Both the position numbers and the translations under genes were made by a program. From positions 61,876,001 through 61,940,000 of the forward strand of contig OZ320320.1 in assembly GCA_976226885.1 (NCBI GenBank): DNA of 64,000 nucleotides, in the 5' to 3' direction. This document shows, in pieces, positions 1 to 13,300 of the stretch. The DNA is from Iphione sp. A-MEVVRFRX5. Its lineage: Eukaryota. The notes beneath the pieces are model-generated. The model did not search any database, was not told the origin of the DNA, and was given only the letters and a program-made list of their open reading frames with translations. Position 1 is the first letter of the stretch. Each line of letters starts with the position of its first letter.

Positions 1-1859
1 GCGATGTATCTGCGTGGATGGAGCAATCAGTTGAAAAGCAATCCGTGAATGGATCCCAGATAGTCAAAAGATGTCCAGGTTGGTAGACAATGTACAGGGT
101 ATACGTATCCAGAATACCCCGTAAATTTTGGATAGGGTTCCAGGATACACACATGTATATATGTACTTTTTGTACCTAAGGAAAGGCACCAGTGTTTAAT
201 GCACGTCCTGGATATGTATCCATGTGCATGAATACATATATGTAAAAAGCCACTTATTGTTATTTCCTTTCAATTTACTAACATATCTCATCACTTTTGT
301 ATGCAAAGATCTCCAGTGTGCTTATATGATATGATCGCTAAAGAAAGAGACAAAAATGTACAAAAGCTACCAGAACACCAGTACTCTAATAATTGGTAGC
401 TGAGCGAACGTGTCCTGGGAAGCTCCAAGCTGAGGTCTCCAGAATGTATGTGACCTCACTATTTGCATAACCTAGAAAGAGACTCGGTTGCCATTGTGAG
501 GAGAGACATTGGCGAGTGTGGTTCTGTTGCCATAAGAGAATCTCTCGGCTGTGTAGTTTGTAAGTGTGGAGATAAGGACAGTTTAGACTCTGAACGCTGA
601 CTCGATATAGTGAATAAGATGATCCAGGTATATGTGCACGCCCTTGAGTCTGGAAGCCTTACCTTTACTTCAGTTCGTTTTCTTCTTGCAGGCCTACCTC
701 CGCAGGCAGTCTCGGGTACACTGCCACTATATAGCGTGTGCTTTTGTTTTCAAACCTCCACATACATTGATGACGTGTACACACTTCTACATATATACGA
801 AATATATCCAAATCACGACTTACGTGAATGGTTTACTTATCTCCTTGTGTTATGTTGCGCCTGCTACGGCATGATACCCAAGCAGTGATCCCTGCGATCC
901 CCAGTGGGCCTGGGTCAGCATCTAGGACGCATCGACGTTACTGGGGTTGTTCGGAAATTTACCTTTACGCTGCTACGGCACCCGGGTTTCAGTGTAGATG
1001 GGTATGCATGTTGGCCGGTGGTTGACCACTGAAGACGCCTTTGATCAGTAGTTCTTCACTGACATGTTCACATGGATGTTCACATTGAATAAAAGGATCC
1101 AGTTGCATGCATGTACTTGACTGTAAATTGGACTGGGATTGGTAATGTCATTTTATTTCACGTATATGCCATGGTTGAAAGGGTTGCACGTTGTCCAATC
1201 ATATAGTCCTGACTGGTGGCACCACTAAAACATTTCTCAGCAACAGACCAATCGGTTGATAGCGTGAACTGGTATGTTCTAAAAGAATGTACCATGGGTT
1301 TTAGTAGGTCAAGGGATTCGAGAGAAGCCAATGTTCAATGTTCAGGCCTCCCAGTGATAGGTCAATTGTAATTGGGCAGCTGAACTTAGATCATTCTGGG
1401 CAACTTGTCATGAAGAAACCAGGTATTATTATACATCTGAGACGTGTTGTCAACCTAGCCAGATTATGTCATATTAACCATAGATGACACGGTAGGTCAA
1501 AGAAGTACGATGGCCCTGCTGTGCTGCAGACTTACTAGGTTACACATCCCTCTGAGACATGAATATATGCTGACTTTCTTGGTTATCTTACAGTGGGTTA
1601 AATCAATAAACACCACCTCCTGGATATGATCGGATACAATCGACTGTCCCAAATGCAAACATCTTACGTTTTTTCCCATACCGTGTGCATTTCAGATATG
1701 TCTGGTTTACAAATCCGTGAGTAACATGAAGGTGGGGAGGGGGGTCAAAACTGAAAAAAAATATCCTCTTGTCCCTCTCTTTCTACAAAGTAAATACATG
1801 TCTACCCACACCTTAGGCAATGAATAACCCTTCAAACACTCTCTTAGGTTGGCTTTCCA

Positions 1860-2420
1860 TGTATTGGGTGATAACAACAGATGCATGGGTCTGGAAATAT
1901 ATGATCCTATGGCGTTCAAGATGATTATTTCCATATGTATGGGTCTCCAGGTCTGTGGTATGGATCCGGAAATGGCCCTTGGCTGTAAATCTTTCAGATT
2001 CATCTTTTCCAGACTCTGGATACAGTAGTAGAATCAAAATGCCAGTAATCTCAGGCGAACAATAAAAGAAGACTGTCTAACATATGTTAGATCAAGTAAA
2101 ATATTATCTAAATTGCATAAAAAAAACTTACGATTTACACAGATTTGGATGGATATGCTTGAGATCTATGCAAAAAAAACTCTATTTTACACAGATTTGG
2201 ATGGAATTCCCCAAAATCTGCACAAAAAAACGTGCAGTTTACATAGAATCGGATGGAATTCCTTTCAATCAGCATACACTCACACAATCCCTCTCTCCGC
2301 TTCTCTGCACATGGAAACAATCATGTTGAGCACCATAGGATTAAACACTATAGGACCATTTATTTGTGTACCCATGCATCTGTGGTGTGGGAAATATTTC
2401 TCTCCATACACATGGAAACC
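1860..2420. repeat. Imperfect inverted paralogous segments (foldback/MITE-like relic)
   Basis: Reverse complement of ~1910-1945 (catatggaaataatcatcttgaacgccataggat) matches ~2308-2341 (cacatggaaacaatcatgttgagcaccataggat); cccatgcatctgt is also shared in inverted orientation. Confidence 0.5.
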
Positions 2421-2743
2421 ATCTGTGTGGAGAGGTGTCGAAAATTTTTCCGGACTGGCACTCAGTATGGAAAAAACACACATTGAAAGCTGGCCTAAGG
2501 GAGGAGTGGTCACACTAACACCTCTCTACCAACACCTTTCAAATGCTCTGTTTTAACTGTGGTGTGGGAAATATTTCTCTCCATACCCATGGAAACCATC
2601 TGTGTGGAGAGGTGTCGAAAATTTGCAATTTTTCCGGACTGGCACTCAGTATGGAAAAAAAAACACACATTGAAAGCTGGCCTAAGGGAGGAGTGATCAC
2701 ACTAACACCTCTCTACCAACACCTTTCAAATGCTCTGTTTTAA
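2380..2743. repeat. Tandem duplication of a ~180-bp unit (2380-2556, 2557-2743)
   Basis: Two near-identical copies from ctgtggtgtgggaaatatttctctcc to ctttcaaatgctctgttttaa; copy 2 has a small insertion and a longer A-run. Confidence 0.95.
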
Positions 2744-2806
2744 GGGAGGACCGGTCGTGCTAACACCTCCACCAACAGCTTACAATGAATATCCCTTCAC
2801 CACCCT

Positions 2807-2841
2807 TTCAAGATTCAAGATTCAAGATTCAAGATTTTATT
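2807..2841 (-). repeat. 3' tail of LINE A: AATAAA plus (TCTTGAA)4
   Basis: Plus strand reads ttcaaga x4 then ttttattg. Confidence 0.9.
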
Positions 2842-4102
2842 GTCTTCTCTATAAATGGGTTACAGAGATTTCAGAGACGCTGCTCCAAGAGGAGAAAAGA
2901 TGTAGTGCTTACACGTTGAAATATGAAAATACGCATATGAGAATAAATACAAATATGAAAAAGTAACTGCATACATATTTTGTTAAATTGCACACAACAT
3001 GGTCGTAAAATAAAGTGCAGATTGGATATAGCGCGCCAGGTCTTACTATCTAGCTTATTCAGCATTTATACAGACTCACATTATGTCACATATCCCAAGC
3101 TGGCTCTCATAACAACTTCTTGCTCTGACAGTGCTCCCTGTTAATATACGTAAGCAATCAATGTTTGCCTGCATTACAATATGTCAGTCAATTACGGGTT
3201 ACACTAACTTTGGCCGTCAGATCATTTTCCTTATCCACATCAATAATCTGTACACGACGCACAGCATAAGCGGTACAAGAGGCATAAGTGGTAGAGATAA
3301 ATACAGACATAGACACGATGTTATGCACAATATAAGCAAAAAATCAGTTCAGTGGAGATAAACGTACAATATGTACAATAGTTACAATAGTTACACCCGT
3401 TTGATGAGGTAATAACATTAGATCAGTTGCTAATGATTTTGTTTAGAATTATCCTTCACTAATCATGGTTGGTATATCTATCTGTAACCGGTAGGGGCAA
3501 CCCAGAGCCCAGTCACATATCAGATTTAATTGGGGGTGATTCATCACTGTTACCATTTTGAGGTACAATTTTGAAGTAGACGCTGGTACATACTTGATAG
3601 CAATAATTTTGTATGCTATCACTCAACTGTTGGTCATTCAGTTTATCATGAGATAATGGAATAGGGTGCATGCACATACGAGTCAACTCACAGGCCATAC
3701 CTTTACAAGACACAGTCCTGGTTGGTGGTTTAGACCGACGAATCCACTATGAACAATGGTTGATTAATTGTAATGTGCCTATAGTATCCATACCCTATAC
3801 AGTATTCCGTATTCCACCCACTTCTTGTACCACCTAATATATACCCGAAAGGACATAAGACACAGCTCATAGAATAACTTGCCCCACCCTAGTCAGGATG
3901 AACGACTACCCTCCCTACCCTGCCTCACCCTCTAGGATGGAACCAGCTATTTGTGTAGTTATTTTAGGTGATGTCCCACCTGATTTGGAGGATAACCTTC
4001 TGGTATGTTATGGGGTTACTGCACTGGGTCTTCGACCATCGGCTATGATCATTATCCAACTAGTTTATTCGATGTCTTTGCCTCCTTGACAGTTGGCTGG
4101 TT

Positions 4103-5889
4103 TCATGATCTGCCTTTCACCTGCTTCTTATCAGGAGGCAGGGCATTCCAGGCATTTACCCCCCGATACCTCAGTGATCGTTGGTACAATTTACTGCGCG
4201 GCTTTGTCAAAGAACCCCTGGTAGTCTTACCCCTCCTCGTCTTGGTCGTTGGATCTGTGGGCAGTAGTTGCAACATCATTTGACGACCAACTGCTTTTAG
4301 ACCCCGCTCATCTAGGAGTATATCTACCCTCGGGATCCCAAATTTCTCCTGTAGCCTGCGGGCTGACAGGAACGGACCACATTGGATGCATGTTCGCGCG
4401 CAACGATTCACTTGGATCTGCAGCTTTACTCTCTCAGCACTACTGATACGATAAAGGGCTGCGAGGTGGTATTGTAAGTGCGATAGTGCTAGCGACATGA
4501 ATAATTGTATTCGGGTCTCAATTGGTAGGTACCTTTTGACTCTAGAGATTTTCTTTGAGGCGCCCCACATTCTACTCACTACCGTTCCCATAGTTGTTTT
4601 GGCACCGAGATTTCCTTGGATCGAATACCCCAAGAACTCGATTGGGTTTTGCAACTTGAGGTTCTGGCCGTTTAGTGCTAGGTCTAGAGGAATGCCTGCT
4701 GAGCGACCTATCGTGTTGTAACAGCATTTACCTTCGCTTAAGACAAACTTGTTAGCCTTGCACCACGCGGAGATGTTATTGATCGCCATCATTGCTTTGC
4801 CACGCAACATCAGCAGATCCCTGGCCATTACTAAGACACTCAGGTCATCAGCATATAAGACCGGGTGCACATCCTTTGGCAGGGCTTTTGCAAGATCATC
4901 GATGACCAGAAGGAAAGCACTCGGTCCAAATACCGATCCCTGAGGGACCCCCTGGTGTAATGCAATTCGACCCGAGTTCACCCCTTTGCAACGCACAAAT
5001 TGGAACCTCTCCTGAAAGTAGCTTTTGACCATTGTAATAGTCCTCCATCCAAACCCAAGTCGTGCTAGCGCATTCAGGACACTTGTATGCGGCACCAGGT
5101 CGAAGGCTTTGGTTAGATCAAAAGTGACCAGGCAAGTGTATAGTCCCAGATTGTGACAGGACATTAATTCATTTGTCAGGTTTACATAGGCTGTCTCCGT
5201 ACTCCTGCCCCTCCTGAAGCCATGTTGAGCTTTTGACAACCGTCCCATACTCTCCACTCGGTCCATTATTTGAGCAGTGAACCAAGTCTCGCAGAGCTTA
5301 CTGGGTAGGGGCAGGATGGAGACGGGTCTGTAGTTTCCTAATTCCCCAGGGTCTCCCTTCTTGAAAACGGGGGTGACCCTCGCCACCTTCCAACTGCTCG
5401 GGTAATTGCCAGTGCGAAAAACTTCTGAGAAAATCCATGCAAGGACATCTGGGATTCTTAGAAGCAGCGGCTTGATCACCTTAGTGGGTACCCCTTCGAT
5501 ACCAGAGGGTTTTGTCACCTTTATCTTCGCAACAATTGAGGCTACCTCACATGGTCCCGGGCATGACAGTTCGAAGCCACCATAGTCTGGCTGAGTGGCG
5601 GGGGTACTCTGACGGTCAACTCCTTTGCATAGGCTATCAACTTTATCGATGAAGAACTTGTTGAAGGCCTCAGCTAGGTTGTCTGGAGTTCCATGCCCCC
5701 CCGATCTGTCATCAGGAAGTCTCTCCTTCTCTTTCACACGACCAAGAAGTTTGTTCACGACTGACCATTTCCCACTAGAGGAATTCCCCGCTGCTTTCAG
5801 CTTCCTGTGCCAGTACTCCTTCTTCTCAGCCTGAAGAAGTGACTTTATCTTCTTACTAAGAAATTTATAGATATTTTTGCTATCAGTAC
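4103..5889 (-). pseudogene. LINE A ORF2 remnant: linker plus complete reverse transcriptase; APE endonuclease deleted
   Basis: Uninterrupted frame (ORF track 4103..5980) with RT motifs; no APE motifs upstream of the linker. Confidence 0.9.
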
Positions 5890-6035
5890 TGATCGCCATC
5901 ATTGCTTTGCCATGCAACATCAGCAGATCCCTGGCCGTTACTAAGACACTCAGGTCATCAGCATATAAGACCGGGTGCACATCCTTTGGCAGGGCTTTTG
6001 CAAGATCATCGATGACCAGAAGGAAAGCACTCGGT
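5890..6035 (-). repeat. 146-bp ectopic copy of the RT YADD region (source 4780-4925)
   Basis: Identical to 4780-4925 except at 5913 and 5937, both CpG-type transitions. Confidence 0.97.
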
Positions 6036-6801
6036 AATAGTCCTCCATTATGTCTTCAATCTCAGTACCTTTTATTTTCGCTGTATCCCATAACAGCTTG
6101 TTGACAAAATGTCTCATGCCTTCATGGTTTTTCGAGGGGGCTCCTTCAATGACTAGACGCCTGCATCTGTCCCTAATTTCTAGGCGTATCAGGTCCTGAT
6201 CTACTCTCTCACATTTTTGGTCAAGTTCCTTTAGGTGTAAAAGTGAACGATCAATGACCTGCTCTATTTTGTCAATTCTGGACGAAATCTCCCCCGAAGT
6301 ATCTGGGATTTCAGGTGCCTCCGTTGCAATCGGTACGTGCGACGCTATATTTGAGCTTCGGATCTTATCTAATTCTGTATCGATAAAATCCTTTAACTCC
6401 TTAATATTTTCTTCAAGTACCTGGATACGTGAGTGACAGTTGCAGCTTATTGCTTCAGATTGACAGGCCACGCTTGACATATTCTTGGGTTCGGCAGGGG
6501 AACCTGAATCGAGATCATTTGTAAGGCTTACTCAACACTCACCATTTGATGATCCAGGCTGGACTTCTTCGCCTTGGTTTTGCGAATCGGCGCTACTAGA
6601 CGACGGACCCGTCGCATCGCCATTATTGTTTACACTATGGCCGTCATATCCCTTATTTCCGCTCACTCTTGGGTCAGTCCTCCTTAAATTTCGCATTTCC
6701 TCGAGACTGGAGCAGCGGAGATCATTAATCGAACTCGATCTGAGTTGCATCGTCCTGCCACTTGGAATAGGTAACTGCATATTGTTCGATTTCTTGCCCA
6801 T
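6036..6801 (-). pseudogene. LINE A ORF1 5' half (disordered N-terminus, coiled coil, start of RRM), one in-frame TGA at 6532-6534
   Basis: ORFs 6532..6801 and 5950..6480 are in the same frame, separated by a single TGA; heptad-rich segment, then RRLVIEGAP, comparable to RRWNLILKGIP in LINE C ORF1. Confidence 0.8.
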
Positions 6802-7612
6802 AGTGTATTTTGATGTATTCTATCCGGGAGAGCACCAAGACAACCGTCTACTCGCTTCGCGCCATGACACGCCTTCACCCTTTCCATAGGGGCATGTTCC
6901 ATGAAAATGGGTGAGCTGATTACAAATGTCTTGATATACTGGGAAGTAAGTCGGTTCTCTTCTAAATCGTCTGCATTTGGGGTGCTTCCAGTTTTTAGAT
7001 GTGTCCATGAAGGGACAGTCAACTGTGTTCAAATTCACGTTGAACCAGAATCTAATGAAGTTTGAATAATCGTATTCACTTTTCATTTTTACAAAGTTAG
7101 ATAGAGGTGTTCCAGTGAATGTAACAAGGACGTTAATAGAACAGAACATTTTGAACAGAGTTCTCTTGAAACATTTTACTTCTCTTTGAATTTTGCTACC
7201 TGCTTTGACGTCATTTGCAGCCTTTAACAACTTTACACCAGAAACATTTTAGTAAACACGGAGTTAGAGGGCTTTATGACACTTATATTTGTAGCTCATC
7301 TACAAGCTTTTTCTTACCAGTCACTAGATATATTAGCCCATATTCAAATAATGGAAGAAGCGGGGAAAAAATACAAAACAATGGTGATTTAACCACCCTG
7401 TGACTTTTTAGTAGAAAATACAGGGGACTGTCCATAAATTGACACTTTACTGGCATTTTTTTAAGGTTCACCCTTATTATCCAAACACTCAGTATATTGA
7501 TTCTGCTGTTGTATGATCAATTCTACCGTGGCAATTTTGTATGGTCAAAATTAGGCATTCCACTGTATCATACATGATAGATTCATAATAAGTAAGGCAC
7601 TGTACATAATAA

Positions 7613-7673
7613 TATTCCCACCCTAGGAATTTACACAAGGCACAGCCAAGTGTTTATTCCTAGGGTGGAAATA
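7613..7673. repeat. Short inverted repeat/hairpin (17/18-bp arms)
   Basis: tattcccaccctaggaat (7613-7630) versus attcctagggtggaaata (7656-7673). Confidence 0.8.
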
Positions 7674-8199
7674 TATCAAGTGATAGGCTTACAAGGTGTG
7701 TATTTCACTTAAAGCAGAGCACTCCTCAATCAATACACAGACACTCACACTCATACAGGAAACAAACACTTTAAACTCTAGTTCGAAAAGGACATTAGGA
7801 CAGACAACAAACTACACTGGATGTTCTGTGATATGTATTTATTAAGGATTTTAACACTCGTTCTATATATTATCTTTTTAAACACAATTATTTATTCAAA
7901 CCCCAAGAGAAATTACCTGTATTCCAGCTCATTGATTACATAGTCTTTCTACAAAAATTAAATTTTGAAAACAACAATTAAATATTTACTGCTTAACGCT
8001 TTTCATATACATTTCCTGGAAATCATTAGCAACCAAGAGACTATAAGGCCCTAAGCCAGTGTGTTTTGAACACAACTACCCAAACCCTAAAAAAGGGAGG
8101 TCCTCCTCCCGAAAGCTTGGATGTAACTTGGATGTTTCTTGATGAATACAAGACAGTTCTGGAAATAGCATTTTGATTTTGATTTTGCTTATTCACTTT

Positions 8200-8790
8200 T
8201 ATGAAGGGTTACAGGAGGCACACATGTAACATACTCTTGTAGATGATCACAGGTGACACACAACATGTAATGACCAGCTCTTATAGAAGGTTACACATGA
8301 CACCCAACATGTGACAGACACTTGTACATATTGTTACAGTCGGCACACAACAGGTGACAGACACTCTTAAAGGCGATTACAGGTGTCACACAATGGGCAT
8401 CAGAGGATTACAGGAGACACAACAGGCAATGGACCCCATTGCAGAGGGTTACAGATGGCATACAACAAATTACAGACAATCTTACAGAGATTTACAGGTC
8501 ACACACAACAGGTAACTTTATAGAGGGTTACAGGGGACACACCATACTTAACAGATAACTCTACAGAGGGTTACAGGTAAGAGCAGGTAAGACACTCTTA
8601 CAGAGGGTTACAAGAGACACACAACAGGTAACTGATGTTCTTATTAAGGGTACAGATGACACACAACATGTGACAGACATTTGTACACAGTGTCACAGTA
8701 GGCATACAACAGGTAAGAGACACTTTCACAAAAGGTTACACGTGACACAGGTAACAGACTTTTACAGAGGGCTACAGTAGCCACACAACA
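8200..8790. repeat. Degenerate ~40-bp minisatellite
   Basis: Recurring agagggttacaggtgacacacaacaggtaacagacactctt-like units. Confidence 0.8.
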
Positions 8791-9019
8791 GATAACAAAT
8801 ACGCAACCATATTGATGATGTTTTGTTTGTACTTGCGGTTGACTGGATGTAGACTATATTATTGTTCCGCTATAATTCATTTCTTTTTCTTGTGCGGTAT
8901 TATATACGCAATCGTTATTACATATAATGAATAATAACTGTCACACTGTTGCTACGTATCAAACCATATGGAATGATTTCCTGAAATTCAATACAATTAA
9001 AAACGCCTTAATGAGGCGA

Positions 9020-10370
9020 TTTGATTGTTTGATTGATTGATTTAACATTTTTATTGCCTCAAATCTCTCCCATGGAGAGTTCTCCCAATACGGACATTAT
9101 GGTACATGGTTTTAACATAAAATTGTATAAAAATACATGTGCATACTTTAGGATAGCATTGCATCATATGACTTTGTAGAGGTTGTTTTTACATCGTGAT
9201 TTGCCTCATGTGAGTTTCAGTTTACACAATTTGTTGTAGAATTCTTTCATTGTTTTACACTCTTTTACATACCTTGCTAGGTTATTCCATCAGCATACCT
9301 CTATTTCGTATATTGGGCGTCCAATGATTTAATTTTTCGACTTATACATGGCTAACCTATCTGTTGACCCAGATCTTGTTGACGTCTTTCTTTTTAGGGT
9401 CAAGCGGCTACATATCACGAAATAATGTACTAATTGTGTAGTGGCAGTTTTTATTCATACTGTCTAAGTCTTCGGTAAATGTTGGGTTCTGATTCTTACC
9501 TGATACACTTTTACAAATTATTATATGCGCACACCTGGTGTATGCCTTTCTTGTCTAGAGCGCGTTTGTTAATTCCACAGATAAAATGTGAGATACAGTC
9601 TATCAAAGGATAGATGTATAACTTAAAGAGATTGACTCTTATTTCTTTAGGAATGTATTGTAACGTGTCTCTTGTCTTCGAACGGATGGCTTAAAGAATG
9701 TCCAAATAGAATATATGCGTTGGTTGTGCTCAATCCGGATGAGAACTAACTTTATTCAGAAACGCCATGCCACCGGTGGCCTTTTTCAGAAGATTATTCT
9801 CCGAAATCCTTTCAGAAGAAACACTCTTAATGTGCATTTCAGTTGACACACAGCTCCGATATGCTACACTATTTTTTTTAGCTTCCATATCTTGTATGTT
9901 GCTAACTACATTCTACAAATGGTAGTATTCACTGACTCTCGCCATGTCAGACGTTCATTGATACCGTATCCCAGGATTGTGATCATTTGTTGTCTTCTTA
10001 GAATATGGCCTTTGTGTTCAATATTTCCAAAATCATCTGCTACTTTACCTATCAAGCAGTAGGAACTCTTTTCGTGACTTGTCACCAAGGTATTATTTTC
10101 ACACCCCGACAGTGCGCAGGGATATGTAGTAACATTGCTTTAGGTTAGATACATTTTCTCTTTTATTACAAATGTTATGTCGTCTGCATAAAGAGTGACT
10201 TGCATGCTGGATGGACCATTTTCAGTAATATTGTTTATGCTCATAGCAAAGCCCCAAGGGCCGAATGTGCTGCTTGTGGTACACCATTCCTCTGCACATA
10301 GTTCTGAAGTATAACCATTAACATCAACATATTGTTTTTACACTACCTATATAAAACATTGCCCGAAAGT
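9020..10370 (-). mobile_element. LINE B: old 5'-truncated CR1/L2-group RT fragment with (AATC)n-type tail
   Basis: Minus strand shows GVPQ-like, TLYADDITF and C-terminal WNNL...KEFYNKL motifs, broken by stops and frameshifts; ends gaggcaataaaaatgttaaatcaatcaatcaaaacaatc. Confidence 0.85.
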
Positions 10371-13300
10371 AGAGGCTGACATATGTGGCCCTACTTTCTA
10401 CACAGTGTGGTGTATTCTTACTCCGCCCCCCATTTGTTCACTGAAGCAGAACTAAGGTTGTAAAAGGCCAGATTCACAGGCAGAACAGGGGGTTGTAAAC
10501 TTCAACTTCAGTCAGTCACAACTCTTACAGCCCCACCTCTAGGAAACAACAGAGAGAGAGAGGTGCGCCAAAGGCACTTGTCATCCTGTAAAATAGTCAC
10601 TTACTAGAAATAATATGGTGCTATGTGCTCCTTCAACTTCACATATTGTGTTACACTAGTGCCACGTAGCATACGGTCCACGTAGAAAAGTTATATGTGA
10701 TATAATTGAAACATTCGAGGCACTGCATGAGTGTGATTACAGGAAAGGGTATATTAGGGCATGAGGAAAGAGCGGCGTGAGGGAGGGGAACGAGAGGAAT
10801 GAGACAAAAGGAGAGGAATAAGACGGAATGTTTGTAACAGGAAAGTCATATAACAAGCAACCAGTCAGAGAATACAGCCAGAAAAAAATATGACTGAGAG
10901 AGGGGAAGGGGATAGACCAAACCAGTACTATCCCAGGGTGCAGCAGTACATGGTGTGCAACACTTCTGTTTCTAGGTTAAACAAAGGCTTGTCATAGCTG
11001 ATTTTAAGTATATTATAAGATATGACAATTAAATCTTTTATCTCTATTTAATTTATCAATTAATTAAAAAAAGAGAAATATCCAAAGTAAATCTAAATCC
11101 TCTCCAAAGTTGTTTATTTTGTAAGAATACCACAGAAGTGAAGAATGGGTAATAATGGGGGAGTTTGCACATATTCCTTTGAGAATTTGCAGCCTATTAT
11201 ACACAGAATGAGGAAAGTTTAGATGTAAGCACTTGATCTAAAGGTTGTTTCACCTATCTATTTATCCTAATTCTGTGACATAAAATAAAATCTGCTTCCA
11301 AGTATGTAAACATTTCAATTAAAATCATTCAGTTGTACATAGAGTTAGGTACAACAGGAAGTACTGCATACCATGTGGAACTCTTCACTGGTAGCCGTAG
11401 CGAATTGGTGAATACCGAAGAAAAGCAAACGAAAAAAGGTAGGAAAGGATTGAGAGACAAACAGACAGAAAGAGAGAGAGAGAACAGAACTCACAGAAAG
11501 AAAGGGAGTAAGGGAGGGAGACTAGAAGGGAACAAATGAGAATTAAAGGAGACTAGGGAGAGTGATAACAGAGATTAACGAAGGAATGAGGGGAGAAAAG
11601 GGCACTAGCTGCATAAGAAAATAATCGTTGACATGCATTGTCCCTTTCGACGTAAACTAGAATTTCATCGGTTTTCTTTCAGCCAAGTTGCTTACAACCT
11701 TGCCCAAAAGTAGGGCCGATCTGGTAACCATAGAGACAAATATGTTTTGATAGGTCTAAATATAAATATAGTTTTAAATCTCCTGCAATATTTGTAGGCC
11801 TGTGCAACTAACCTGGCAATGATTAACATTTGAAGACATTGAATTCATTGGTATTAGGTATGTAACAACAAAGTGTACACCACACTAGCAAGTTTGATTC
11901 TTCAGCCTTTATTTCTTGAACAGCATACAACACTTCAGCAGTCAGTAATGGTGAGTCTGATGAGAGCATCGGAACAACTCTCTTATATACTCAACATTGC
12001 TTCAAACACTCTGTACAACATCATGCAACTTGGAAAACAATCATTAATCACATGGTGATTGATCAATAGTTGCCTGTCAGTTTCTACATCTGGTGACATC
12101 ACAGCATCATATATCCAGGTTACTTCTGTAGATTCAGATAAGAAATGTTAGTTCTTGCATTGTACACACATATAGAAACATGTTCATGATACTAAGAAAC
12201 ATGTCCGTTAAGTTGTTTTACCAAATGGAAGTCATGTAAATACTGTTTACCAGAAACACTGGTACTGGTCAAAAGTTTTGTTTGTCTCAGTCAAGTACAT
12301 TGTATAGGGTTTTTGTGCATAATGATACTGATATCTATACACTATACAATACACAGTTACTTTTAAGAATGTTATTACTAATGATACATTTTCATAAGAA
12401 AAAACACTGTGTTAGAGGTAATTTGACCATCAAACAGTGATCCATTGTAATTTCATTTTGCTACTCCAACAATTAAAATGGTTGTAAACGAAAACTTAGT
12501 GTCTTAAGAGATGAAAGGTATTGACAGCTCTACTTAAAATATGTTTGGTCAGGATATGTACACAAATACATCCTAGACTATTAAAATTACTGGAGTGTTA
12601 CTAGATTCATCCAAGTAAGTTTTATTACCTTGGTTTTACTAAAGTATTCTTTCCAAAGTTCAATACTTTGCGGATAATAATATAAGAAAAACTGGGCTAG
12701 CATCACTGCTTATTAGTTGATATATTTTAAAAGAACAGGAAGTAATCAAAATTATGTGTCTATATGAATTATCTTATAGTTTGATCCTATGAAAACTAAT
12801 TTGTTACAACCCTGCAGATGCAATTATGCATATTGGGTTATTTATAGAGTATTGCTTTTTTAAGTTCTTTTTCCATTCCTACCAGAATCTTTTTTTGTCC
12901 TCCATTCTCCACCTTGTGGAAAAATCCTGCCAATCCTGGCTAGATGTGATAGAACAAAGGTGTGCTATGACCAGGGGATGAAAGAATTAAAGAACAAAAT
13001 AGCTACTGTATAAAACAAAGCACAATATGACCAAAGTGTGATAGTCTAGATGTGATATGGTAAAGATGGGAAAGGTATTAGGTGATCGAGGTGTGAAATG
13101 GTCAAGATATCAGTGGTATGTATGGTAAAAGTGTAATATGACCCAGAAGTACAAAAAGCTTAAGGCTAAATATAACCAAGATATAGATAATCGGTCAAAG
13201 TATGGAATTCCTGCATACAGGAAGAAACAAAATTAAGAACTGTCTTGTTGCCAATTAAAGGGATGTCCCTCGTTCTGGAATGTCCCAATATCGAGTTTGT

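Larger units (their letters stand above)
2807..6801 (-). mobile_element. LINE A: CR1/L2-group non-LTR retrotransposon, internally deleted and rearranged; 5' UTR extends an unknown distance beyond 6801
   Basis: RT ORF with WKVARVTPVFKKG, NYRPVSIL, QHGFR, FDLTKAFD, GVPQGS, YADD and C-terminal RGVNAWNALP; ORF1-like coiled coil plus RRM start upstream; AATAAA followed by 4x TCTTGAA tail at 2807-2841. Confidence 0.92.

Noticed and set aside
828-1050. Faint DNMT3-like words (SASRTHRRYWG, FGNLP)
   Set aside because: They lie in different frames with stops, and no other methyltransferase motif is nearby.
2113-2556. 147-aa plus-strand ORF
   Set aside because: It runs through internal repeats and the tandem duplication; no domain signature.
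4103-5980. 625-aa ORF with two YADD motifs as a novel double-RT protein
   Set aside because: The first YADD comes from a 146-bp near-identical ectopic copy made by rearrangement, not a diverged domain.
6820-7230. 136-aa minus-strand ORF upstream of LINE A ORF1 with a Cys/His patch
   Set aside because: No recognisable zinc-knuckle or PHD spacing and non-coding-like composition; it may be 5' UTR.
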